A stretch of DNA of 64,000 bases, filler included, from Asterionella formosa (lineage: Eukaryota), in assembly GCA_002256025.1 (NCBI GenBank). It is 13 parts of 13 records of this genome, joined end to end, with 100 filler letters (N's around TTAATTAATTAA, not from the genome) between each part and the next. Parts side by side here need not be neighbours in the genome. Positions count along the whole stretch, not along the records: positions 1 to 4,871 come from NKIB01013318.1; positions 4,972 to 9,838 come from NKIB01013319.1; positions 9,939 to 14,803 come from NKIB01013320.1; 10 more parts are not named here. One strand, given 5' to 3'. The position numbers were made by a program, and so were the translations under genes. Positions 1 through 9,940 of the stretch are shown here, piece by piece; positions within the stretch are counted from its first letter, which is position 1; each line of letters opens with the position of its first letter. The notes under the pieces are model-generated. The model had not been told where the DNA came from. It was given only the letters and a program-made list of their open reading frames with translations, and did not search any database.

Positions 1-420
1 ACCCACCTTACAACCTACCATTCAACCCACTATTCAACCCACTATTCAACCCACCACACAACCCACCATTCAACTCACCTTACCACCTACCATTCAATCC
101 ACCACACAACCCACAATTCAACTAACCATACAACCCACCACACAACCCACTATTCAACCCACCACACAACCTATTATACAGCCGACAATACAACCCACCA
201 TTCAACCCACCACACAACCCACTATTCCACCCACCACACAACCTATAATACAGCCGACAATACAACCCACCTTACAACCTACCATTCAACCCACTATTCA
301 ACCCACCACACAACCCACCATTCAACTCACCTTACCACCTACCATTCAATCCACCACACAACCCACAATTCAACTAACCATACAACCTACCAAACAACCC
401 ACCATTCAACCCACTGCAAC
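1..420 (+). repeat. 12-bp coding tandem repeat (CAACCCACYATT-like) encoding Q-P-T-x mucin-like stalk
   Basis: Dozens of caacc(c/t)ac(c/t)nnn units with higher-order duplication. Confidence 0.9.
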
Positions 421-1540
421 AACTGAACCGACATCTCCACTTCACTGTGCATGTCAATCTTGTACAGACAAATTTTGGAATGCCATTGCAGATGGGTACA
501 CTTGTGGATCGCGGATTACATGGCTGATGGAGAATTTTAGAAATATTTACCCAACAGAAGCTGCTGCTTGTTCGCGAGTTGCTGGGATTGAGTTTCGGTC
601 TGTTTGTGGACCAGCCTGTGATCCTGCTCGATGTACTCCTGTTGATTTATCGTTGCGGGAATTATACTGCTTTCCACCATATTCCAACAGGAAGCAATAT
701 CATGCAGTTTTATGGAACAAGTCCTACACAGTCCAAGTGAAAGAAAGTGATGCCCTCTGTGGACCTGGGGATAATTGGTTCTCTACAAATGCTGTTTCTA
801 TGACCAACAGCAATATGTTGACTCTGAGCTACATGAAAGTAGGCAGCAAATGGTCAGCCAGTGAAGTAAGAGTGCTGCCCTTGTCAATTAATAACCCCTT
901 TACATATGGGACCTACAGTTTCACTGTCAACAGTGTTTCTGTAATTGACATGACTACTTCCTCCATTGTTTCCAAGGCATTACCAGCGAATTTAGTTCTT
1001 GGAATGTTTACCTGGGATGATACTGATTTGTATTCCATTAAGGAAAATTGGAGTCACGAGGTTGACATTGAAATTTCCCAATGGTCCAATCCAAATGCTC
1101 CTGATGTTCAATTTCTGGTGCAGCCATACACAGATGCACCTGTGTACCGATTCTTTTCTGGGACGCAACCTCAAAAATTAGATCCTGGTGGCAATCATAC
1201 ATATGCCTTTACATGGAATCCTGGACAGATTGATTGGAACACAACAGCGGGAGGTGGAACAAAGTACACATACTCTACAAAATCGAATGTTGTAAATGGA
1301 TTGAATGATTATATTCAATGTCTTCCTGCCAATATGGAAATACGTATCAATTTATGGAATAGCAATGGTGCAGTTGCACCATCTGGATGGGATGACAATT
1401 ACAAAGTGGAAGTAACAATTTCTGATTTCACATATACTCCCTCAGGACTTACCTCTGTTTTGAATGGTGATTATTGCTCGAAATCTTGCATGTGTGATGG
1501 CATGTCAACCTGCATCAATGGTAAATGTGTTAATATGTAA
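2..1540 (+). CDS. GH16-like (ConA-fold) glycoside hydrolase with Pro/Thr/Gln stalk and Cys-rich module; 5' partial
   Basis: The frame of ORF 527..1540 appears open back to the window start: PTIQ/PTTQ repeats, then CACQSCTDKFWNAIADGYTCGSRITWL...EAAACSRVAGIEF...CGPACDPARC, then GPGDNWFS, YGTYSF, NLVLGMFTW and the GH16 catalytic ExDxE motif EVDIE(ISQW). Confidence 0.75.
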   Translation, partial: PTLQPTIQPTIQPTIQPTTQPTIQLTLPPTIQSTTQPTIQLTIQPTTQPTIQPTTQPIIQPTIQPTIQPTTQPTIPPTTQPIIQPTIQPTLQPTIQPTIQPTTQPTIQLTLPPTIQSTTQPTIQLTIQPTKQPTIQPTATTEPTSPLHCACQSCTDKFWNAIADGYTCGSRITWLMENFRNIYPTEAAACSRVAGIEFRSVCGPACDPARCTPVDLSLRELYCFPPYSNRKQYHAVLWNKSYTVQVKESDALCGPGDNWFSTNAVSMTNSNMLTLSYMKVGSKWSASEVRVLPLSINNPFTYGTYSFTVNSVSVIDMTTSSIVSKALPANLVLGMFTWDDTDLYSIKENWSHEVDIEISQWSNPNAPDVQFLVQPYTDAPVYRFFSGTQPQKLDPGGNHTYAFTWNPGQIDWNTTAGGGTKYTYSTKSNVVNGLNDYIQCLPANMEIRINLWNSNGAVAPSGWDDNYKVEVTISDFTYTPSGLTSVLNGDYCSKSCMCDGMSTCINGKCVNM

Positions 1541-1885
1541 CCCGCCATGCAACCTACTGTACAACCCACCTCACTACCCAGAATTCAACCCATTATTCAA
1601 CCCACCACACAACCTATTATACAGCCGACAATACAACCCACCTTACAACCTACCATGCAACCCACTGTTCAACCCACCACACAACCTACCATACAAAATA
1701 CCATTTAACCCACCAAACAGCCTACCATTGCATCATCTAGATGGGATGACAATTACAATGTGGAAGTATCAATCTCTTTTCACATATACTTCCTCACGAT
1801 TTAACTCCATTTTGAATGGTGACTATTGCTCGAAATTTTGCATGTGTGATGGTATATCAACCTGCATCAATGGCAAATGTACTAT
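1541..1885 (+). pseudogene. Decayed in-frame extension: second QPTx array plus duplicate of the GH16 C-terminal Cys-rich tail
   Basis: About 1730-1880 duplicates about 1378-1530 (WDDNY.VEV...LNGDYCSK.CMCDG.STCINGKC) with a frameshift. TAA replaces the expected CAA at 1538 and 1706. Confidence 0.7.
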
Positions 1886-2519
1886 GAGTGGAAAGCTTAA
1901 CCAAATTCAATTGTTTATGAGAAAATGTTAATTTCAAAATGGGTTTTATTAGACATAAGACTTTATGATGATTTTTGGCATGTGATTGATTTAAGCAGAA
2001 CTATCTACAATGGACCACAAGAATTTAGGCTGTGGTCATCATATGGCATGTGAAACTTGAAATTACAAGGGAAAGTCTAACATTGGACACACAAATTTGG
2101 AGAGATCTAACATAGGATGCCCTATGGTTGTCAGGATTTAACAATTAGGTTCTGGGTAATTATGAGCTTAACAATTAGTGTATCTATATTAGCTCCTAGT
2201 CCAAGGGGACTCACATGGGTCTTGATGAGAAGGTAATGTACTAGGTGTCATGTTTTAGCCTAGCATTGCTACACCTATTCTAGAGATTACATCTGTACCA
2301 ATAGTTATCACGTAACATATAGCTGCAGGTACATAATGCAATATCTACTACGAGCTACATACTAGTAACTGTGTGTATAGCATCACGTACAAATCATGAT
2401 CACTCTCGGGTACATGTCACTCTCGGGTACATGTATATGATGTTATATAGGACTTATACCATTTAATCATATAGTATATCTAGCGTGGTACATACTGTAC
2501 CATAGGTCATAGGACACTA

Positions 2520-3745
2520 TTAAGTGGCTCTACAGAATAAGGAACCTTCAGAAGGGTACTCAAAAATGATAAATATGCCAGTCTGCTATGGGTTCTCCAA
2601 ATAGATGGCAAAATGTTATGTCAGTAATGTTGGAAAAAGACAGCGGTGATCTAAAGATAAACAGACTCAGGATTATACATTTGTTTGAAGTAGACAATAA
2701 TTTGTTTTTGAAACTGATTTGGGGATGCTGCATCATAGGAAGAGCAGAAAAAATCGGGTTCTTTAGGCAAAGAAATGCAAGGATTGAGGAAAAACAGAAG
2801 TATGTTGGATGTGTTATTTAAGAAAACATTGACGTTTGACATAGCAAGACAACAACGATCAAATCAGGTACTATTTGACAATGACGCTGCAAGCTGCTAT
2901 GATAGAATACTGATGAATCTGGCTATGCTTTGTTCCAGGAGGTTCAGGGTACCCAAGGAGGTTATAATGGCTCACTTGGAGACTCTACGTCTGATGAAAT
3001 ACACGATAAAACTGTATATGGAACCTCCAAGGGCTTTCATGGAAGTAAAGATCAAGAACAGTTAGCAGGAACAGGTCACGGGAGTGGCGCCTCCCCGGTG
3101 GTGTGGCTTTCAACATGCAAATGACGTACTCACTACCAGTGACGAGCATGACCGAATCTCAGTTAGAAGAAATCCAAAAGAAAGCAAAAAGAGCAAGCCT
3201 TGGCAAGATGGACTTTAGTCAGAATTTTCCGAAAGCAGCAGTATATGGATCAATCATCACAGGAGGGCTAAAATGGCGGATTTAACAATTGAACAAGGCC
3301 TACGAGCGACGGAATATATCCTGTATCACAAATATGAACAAGATGAAGTTGCGAAACTGATGGATATCTCACTAAGAATTAGTCAATTGGAATCGGGGAG
3401 AGCAGAACACATTCTATCAAATAGAACGTTGGCCATCACTTAGTACTTGACAGACACATGGCTCATGAACATGAGAAATGTTTTACGGGAACATAAATTT
3501 CAGATTGAAATCAGCAATGCCGGGAGTCCAGGTCTTCAATGTTTTCGAGGCTCAATGATCATGCAAATTTCAGCAGAGAGGGGTTTGAGCACAGACAGAC
3601 TATTCATCTAAATACATGCAGAATGTATCTTCAAGTCTCGTTAGTTGCGGACTTTACAACAGCAGAAGGGAAACAATTTAGACCAGAAATTCTAGTATGC
3701 GAAAGAATCAACAAAATGTGAATGGCCTAACCAATCTAAACCTTG
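2520..3745 (+). mobile_element. Non-LTR (LINE) retrotransposon reverse-transcriptase remnant, Ambal-like, internally deleted
   Basis: Frameshifted pieces RWQNVMSVMLEKDSG..INRLRIIHLFEVDNNL, FDNDAASCYDRIL, GTGHGSGASPVVW, FPKAAVYG...GGL and LNTCRMYLQV. The catalytic F/YxDD block is missing. Confidence 0.8.
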
Positions 3746-3848
3746 TCTGCAAATAAAAACCATCATATTTCCATGATGCATCATAGGATTATGATCGTCT
3801 GATCAAAAATAATTGTGATAAATGCCCTCGTAATTTAAATAGTAACCC

Positions 3849-4871
3849 TTTTGACTATGGAAATTTAATTATTATATGTATTGTTTCTTTTAGGTTCTTT
3901 TATTTAAATTTCTTGGTAGGAGAATGTACTAGTGAAAGTAATGTGGTTTGGCTCATCATCCTCTCCAGTCCTCACTCTGATTCTTGCAACAACGACAAAC
4001 CAGCCTTGTCGAGAGGAACGAGATTTTGTGATAAAATCTTCATTTGTCGTTCAAGTCATCATATGTCTTCGATGAATCATCATCTACATTGCACAGTATG
4101 TTCGTACAATGCAATCCGTTAAGAGCTTGAAAAGAAATCCAATGAAAACGAAATGGCTCATCACACAAGACGAATATTTCCGGTTTGTCACCAGAGCATC
4201 GGTCAGTGTTACAACCTCAATCATAGCTAGTAAACAACATCCATTATAGAACAGCACAATCTGCTTCTCCATAACATCGTCTCTCTAACAAGAACGTAAT
4301 ACATATACAATTGAAACGCAGCATAGCTGGCGATATGCACAAAAAAGCATTAGACTGCGCCGTCTATTTATAGTAACAGAGTGATTCTGGTTTCGTAATT
4401 TTCATATCTCATTAGATTTTCTTTGTCATCCTTCTAGTTCCTTACCTTTGAAGACAGGAGTGTAGCTATTCTTTGATGTATCTGGAATATTTCAATGGAT
4501 GGCAGCAGTTGGATTTCGACACAAACCTCGACAAAAGCACTAGTGCCTTGTCGATGTTCATGAACAGCGAGAAACCGGAAGTCACATTTCATCTAATTAA
4601 GGTTTTCATTAGCTATACTAGCTAGTATTGATTGGTGCGAGAAAGCAATGGTAGGATGGCTGCCAACCTGGCAGGGGCAAACACCGAGAATCCTACAACT
4701 AATTTTTTCTCCCCAATGATCCCAGTCCCTTCTTGAATGTCACTTGCTACAGAAAATGGAGAACAGCCGCCATGATCTGTTGATTGTTGCTTTATGGTGC
4801 CACTGACCAAAACCTCCAGAAATCTCAATGAGTTGCTTGTTTCTTGACTTTAATGCAAAAGGGATCGAAAC
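3849..4871 (+). mobile_element. Repeat family A, copy 1 (decayed DDE transposase-derived element), runs off contig
   Basis: High identity by eye to 34750-35410 (+) and about 46140-47220 (-). Encodes decayed WMAAVGFRHKPRQKH..VDVHE. Confidence 0.8.
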
Positions 4872-4971
4872 NNNNNNNNNNNNNNNNNNNNNNNNNNNNN
4901 NNNNNNNNNNNNNNNTTAATTAATTAANNNNNNNNNNNNNNNNNNNNNNNNNNNNNNNNNNNNNNNNNNNN
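4872..4971. other. Artificial contig-joining spacer (first of 12)
   Basis: N44-TTAATTAATTAA-N44 (stops in all six frames) at 4872-4971, 9839-9938, 14804-14903, 19766-19865, 24728-24827, 29690-29789, 34650-34749, 39602-39701, 44552-44651, 49501-49600, 54447-54546 and 59384-59483. The complete contigs between spacers decrease in length from 4867 to 4837 bp. Confidence 0.98.
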
Positions 4972-6325
4972 GCGGAGTTTTGTGGTGCACTTGCAACATG
5001 AGCAAACATGGACGCCAAAGCAGGGCAACTTGGTGTGCACTACTTTCGCTCAGAAGTGGTCCGCGTTGAGGTACTTATGCTTCTCTGGGCTGTACTGACC
5101 CACCCAAATGCGTCCGCTCTGAAAAACTACGAGATTTTGAAGCAGTATGTTACCAACGAGCTTCGTATTGACCCATTGGGTGGATCGTATCGTGAAACAT
5201 TCCTTGAATCGTGCACAAAATCGCTGGCATTGAATGCGGGACAATTGGCAGGAGGTACACCCGTTGACGAGCGAATGGTGCAATTGACCGTTTTTGTGTT
5301 GGGAAGCATGCCCACCTGAACAGGCGATGGCCATTTGTCAACGTAAATCAAGGAAGTTTGGCGTCCCTTCTTTTCAACGAATTAACGGTTTAATTGTTAA
5401 GAAGGCATAAGGCTGATGTGAAGTCATCACCTATTCCGAAAAGAGTAGGTGTTGAACCTACTTGCCTTGCATTTAGATTTTCCTTGTTCATGTCTCACTT
5501 TTTGGAAGTTGATTTCAATGCAGAGTTCCGTTGGAAGCGTTGATATAAAGGTGGACAACACTGCCGCTCTCTACAAGCGTTTACGAAATCTTCGTTTATG
5601 TTTATGGTGTCTCTGAAACTGATAAGTGAAGTATTGTACAACTTGAACATCTGTGGCAATTGTGTGACATTCCTGCTGATAGGGAGGAGGTAATGGTGTT
5701 TGTTGCACACGCATCATTTATTGGGGACTTCACAGAACTTGAAGCAGCAATAGCGTCTCGCCCTCAGGGTCAGAATGACTCAAGCGTATCCTCTGCTTTG
5801 TCTGATGAGGTAAGGACGTCCGCTTTCCTTGACCTTTTCTGCTCACAAGCAGTAAGTTGGGACGAGTTGGGTGAGGGTGCATACAAGAGTTTCTATCTCA
5901 TGTTCAAGAAACTTTGCCAGTCACCTGCCGCTTCGCTTACAGCCAGCGGTCCCGCTCTTGACGCTCTGTGGCGTATTTGCCTCACGGCCGGCAACGAGAA
6001 TGTTGCAGCTCAATCGATGAAAGATCTCCTTGCTGTTTACGCTGCTATGGCCAGTGGCAACAAGTCTCACAACGCTTGGTCATGTGGACCACTGTCTGCC
6101 GCTTCTGAACAGATGCAGATTGACAAAATAGATGAAAACTTTGGAGACCGAGTTTTTGGATGCCTTGCGGAAGTCAAAAAGGGTCTTGATGCTGGAGATC
6201 CCTCATCAGAGCAAGTGGCAGAACGATGTTTAAGGATCCTGAATGCAGCTGTTGGTCAAAATGGAAGCCATGGTAGGTCTACTATCACACGCTCTACTGT
6301 GTCACTTCTCTCGTCGCTTTCAATT
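4972..6325 (+). pseudogene. Disrupted fragment of a giant ubiquitin C-terminal hydrolase (USP9X/USP24/USP34-like) N-terminal solenoid region
   Basis: Coding-like throughout with frameshifts and stops: RLR.LR.VYGVS..QLEHLWQLC and ALDALWRICLTAGNENVAAQSMKDLLAVY. Cut off at about 6325 by a pogo-like element. No catalytic domain is visible. Confidence 0.55.
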
Positions 6326-6329
6326 AAAA

Positions 6330-7470
6330 AAGAATATTGAGTCATAAATTTGATTTGTTGAAAATAACTGTTGACTTTGTGTAGTTGTTCCAAGAGCTCA
6401 TCAGATCTGCTCCAAATGATCCAGTATCAATGATGAATAATGGGAGAAGTTGTGAAGAAAGAAGACTTGCTGTGACTGCCAGTGTGACTCCCTTTTTGTC
6501 ATTTTCAACTGGAACCAAGGAGCCTACTTGTTTTGTTCCTTTTAGTAAAAGTAGCTTGTCTTTACCAGGGTACTGGTAGACAAGAATGAAAGTCTCATCC
6601 ATGTTGAAAACATTATCCACTTGGAGCTTAATGGTAATGACTGACTCCGGGCAATTTCAGCCCACCATTTAACATGGACCTTTTGTGAAATTATATTTAC
6701 AAATTCAGAAAACTGAGTCCTTGAAATAACTCTTCTAGCCCATTGAAGAATACTTCCAGGATCTTTTAATAACTTATGAAAATCTTCAGAGTAGTTCTGT
6801 TGACCAAACTGCTGTCACAGTAAAACAATTACTAGCTACTTCAAATGAAGCAGCATCACCGACAAGAATCTGCTGGACAAGATAGTTGATTGGATGTCCA
6901 AGGGTGGACCCTAGAGCGGGTCCCTCCTTTGTAGCATGTGGAAAGCGTCAATTAGCGGATCCAATGTATAATGCATAGTTGTTTTTCTTTGCTTGTGATG
7001 CTGCCAATTGTGGAGAGAATTATTTGTATTTTGTAATACAAGTTGCTTCTGGCTTCCACTTCTTTCCAGTTGTTGCACTATTAACAAATACTTTTTCAAA
7101 TGTTCTGATTTGATCAAATCTTGTCTCCTGGTTTTACTATGCATGACAAACAAATATTGCTTCCTCAAAGGAACAATTTTCATTTTGCATACCTTCTGGG
7201 GTTGTGGACTTGGCAATTGAAATCCATTTGTAAATGTTTTCCTTTCTTAACCAGCTCCTCAGAGTTTCTGTTCTTACCATGAACCCAAAATTTGTATCAA
7301 ACATCTTGATAGACGAGAGTTTTGCTAAATCTTGATATAGACTGGAAGATACTCCTATGTTGTATTTTACGACCGGTAAGTAAAGTTCTCACTTTCCACT
7401 TTGTCTTGGAGGCTTTTGTATCAACATTTTGTCGGTACGAGTGGAAAGGGAAAAATTCTCAATCCATTTC
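6330..7470 (-). mobile_element. pogo/Tigger-like (DDE_1) transposase remnant
   Basis: VFNMDETF...KGTKQV...DKKGVTLAVTAS...LLPLFII is the DDE_1 N-terminal half. Upstream HTH-like pieces ETLRSWLRK and LQWARRVISR. Frameshifted and 3' truncated. Confidence 0.75.
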
Positions 7471-7694
7471 CAGAATTTTGCTTAGCAGAATACCGGGTAA
7501 GCTAAAATGACCCTCGGGGTCATTAATCTATGTTAAAAACTAATAAATGTACCTGTTGTACTGATACCAGTGTACCAGTACACTGTTTGTATAAAAAGTG
7601 TAATAAAAACACTTTCTTCACTCGAACAAGAACCAAAAAAAAGAAGTCGCTCTGTTTGTCAACACAAAAGACAACTTCCAAGACGACATTGACA

Positions 7695-8825
7695 ATGGAA
7701 GCAGCAACAGTAGCCGTTTCAGTGGCTTATCTGATTCTCGAATTGATGAGACCAATATTCTGTGATAATCATATAGATGTTTTCCTCATCATTTGGGGGA
7801 AGCCTGTGAGAGACCCCCCCGAATGCCCCAGATGCGAAGCTACTCCTGCTTCGCCGGGAACTCAGCCGGGATCGCAGCCACCGCCTGGACCGCATGGACC
7901 GCCGGGATCACAGCCACCATCGCAGGGATCGCAGCCTCAGCAGCCTCCTTCTTCGTCAGCAACACACAGTCAAAACTCTTTAAATTTGTCTCGGATTGCT
8001 GATATTCTTTCAAAGAATGAAGACATTCTCAAGGATCTCGGCGTATTGGCTTTGAATGACGAAAACAAGATGGCGATTCTTGAAGAAGGAGGGATCACTA
8101 CGATTCTGTCTGCAATGGAGACTCATTCCTCCAATGCCGAATTGCAGCAATTCGGTTGTGGAATACTTTTCATCTTGTCTTACAATAATGACGACAACAA
8201 GGAGGCGATTGTTGAAGCAGGAGGTATCACTACAATTCTGTCTGCAATGAAGACTCATTCCTCAAATGCTAATGTGCAACACTATGGTTGTGGAGCACTT
8301 GCCATCTTGGCTGCAATGAATGACAACAAGGTGACGATTGCTAATGAAGGAGGAATCACTACGATTCTTTCCGCAATGAATAATCATTCCTCCAATGTTG
8401 AAATGCAATACTTGGGTAATGGAGTACTTGGGATCTTGGTTGAGAATCAAGACAACCAGGTAAAGATTGCTGAAGTTGAAGGAATCACTACAATTCTGTC
8501 TGTGATGAAAACATATCATTCCAATTTTGAAGTGCAATACTTGGGTATGGCAGTACTTATGAACTTGGCTGAGAATCAGGACAACCAGGTGAAGATTGCT
8601 GAAGCAGGAGGTATCACATTGATTCTGTCTGCAATGAAGACTCATTCAGACAATGCTAAAGTGCAAGAATATGGTTGTAAAACACTAGAGAACTTGGCTT
8701 TGAATGACAACAACAAGGAAGAAATTGTTAAAGCTGGTGGGATAGGCGTAATTGAGTCTGCTATTCATATTCATGCATCTAATTCAGATGGGAAAGAATG
8801 TGGTAACAGAGTTCTTCTCAAGTAG
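7695..8825 (+). CDS. Armadillo-repeat protein with N-terminal hydrophobic segment, CxxC and Pro/Gln-rich linker
   Basis: About six 42-aa repeats GGITTILSAMxxHSSNxxxQxxGxxxLxxLxxNxDNxxxIxxx. Likely start at ATG 7695 (MEAATVAVSVAYLILEL); the ORF-track start at 7530 adds non-coding-looking sequence. Confidence 0.85.
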   Translation: MEAATVAVSVAYLILELMRPIFCDNHIDVFLIIWGKPVRDPPECPRCEATPASPGTQPGSQPPPGPHGPPGSQPPSQGSQPQQPPSSSATHSQNSLNLSRIADILSKNEDILKDLGVLALNDENKMAILEEGGITTILSAMETHSSNAELQQFGCGILFILSYNNDDNKEAIVEAGGITTILSAMKTHSSNANVQHYGCGALAILAAMNDNKVTIANEGGITTILSAMNNHSSNVEMQYLGNGVLGILVENQDNQVKIAEVEGITTILSVMKTYHSNFEVQYLGMAVLMNLAENQDNQVKIAEAGGITLILSAMKTHSDNAKVQEYGCKTLENLALNDNNKEEIVKAGGIGVIESAIHIHASNSDGKECGNRVLLK

Positions 8826-9940
8826 TACTACCGTGCGTAATAGCAGTGATATCTGTCATGTTGTAAATTCTGTGACAAATCATCATGCAAAATGATTTAC
8901 CAACAAGCAACAATGGTGATCTCAAACAGATCCCAACTTGTGAAAATGATCCCGAATCTTCCAGTCCCACTTCCTGAGAACACATATCGTGTTGTGTTTA
9001 AATGGAGACTTCGAGTACTGCTTGCTGATCAGCACCGTGACCACACTCACTGTATTTTACTTCGGCGTTTACTACAAGGTGATGTCAAAGACACCGTGAA
9101 TGCTTCTTGATAGTTTATTGGACGTCATGTTTTGGAGATTGGAATCAGTTAATCTGTCAACTTTCATTAAAAAGAAGGGTGGAAAGAAGATTGGATGGCA
9201 TGCACTTGTTATTGATCATAGCAATATCAATTTTGCCAGAAGCTTTGTTGATGAGGCTTGGCCTTCGAACCAATGTGACCGCCTTAACCATCTCAAACTT
9301 TTCCTACCAATGTTGCAGACTTGATGAAAATTGTTCATTTGATTATTGATGATGATTTCATGCTACAGATTGAAGGGACTCTATCTTCCAAGATATTTTT
9401 GTTGAATTTGTCTTTCCTTCCAGACCAAGTATGTCCTTTTCTTGACCTGGGCTTTAAACAAATTTTGGGGCAACTCGGAAATGATGAGGCTACCAATTCA
9501 CTCATCAAGAACACATTCGGTTCTAAAACTATACTCTGTTGACGTGATTGCTATAGGCAAATGACAGGCAAGGTACTACTTTCTTTGATTGCCTACGGAG
9601 CATTCACTGAGAAGATGTTGATCTCGAATACATTATTTTCCAACAACATGGACATGTTTTGGAAAACTTTGTCTATGGGTCATTCCTAGTTCTGTCCTGC
9701 AACCACTTGTTAGTGACACAACAGATGTCAGGAAGAGTATGCCCTACATGTAAAGCGGAATTCAAGCAACATGCCATGGAACATGTAAACCAACATGCAA
9801 TGCTTCTTCGCATTCCCTTCAAGTACATCTTCTTAATGNNNNNNNNNNNNNNNNNNNNNNNNNNNNNNNNNNNNNNNNNNNNTTAATTAATTAANNNNNN
9901 NNNNNNNNNNNNNNNNNNNNNNNNNNNNNNNNNNNNNNAC

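Noticed and set aside
1..420. Telomeric or subtelomeric C-rich repeat
   Set aside because: It has a 12-bp period with codon-like variation, in frame with the GH16 ORF, so it is a coding PT-rich stalk.
1538..1708. TAA read as Gln (ciliate-type genetic code)
   Set aside because: The other long ORFs have no in-frame TAA/TAG, and TAA/TAG end conserved proteins at the expected positions (P4H, MFS pair). C->T decay is the simpler explanation.
8830..9838. Coding-like fragments downstream of the ARM gene
   Set aside because: Multiple stops and no motif I can identify. Possibly a TE or pseudogene remnant, but no call is supportable.
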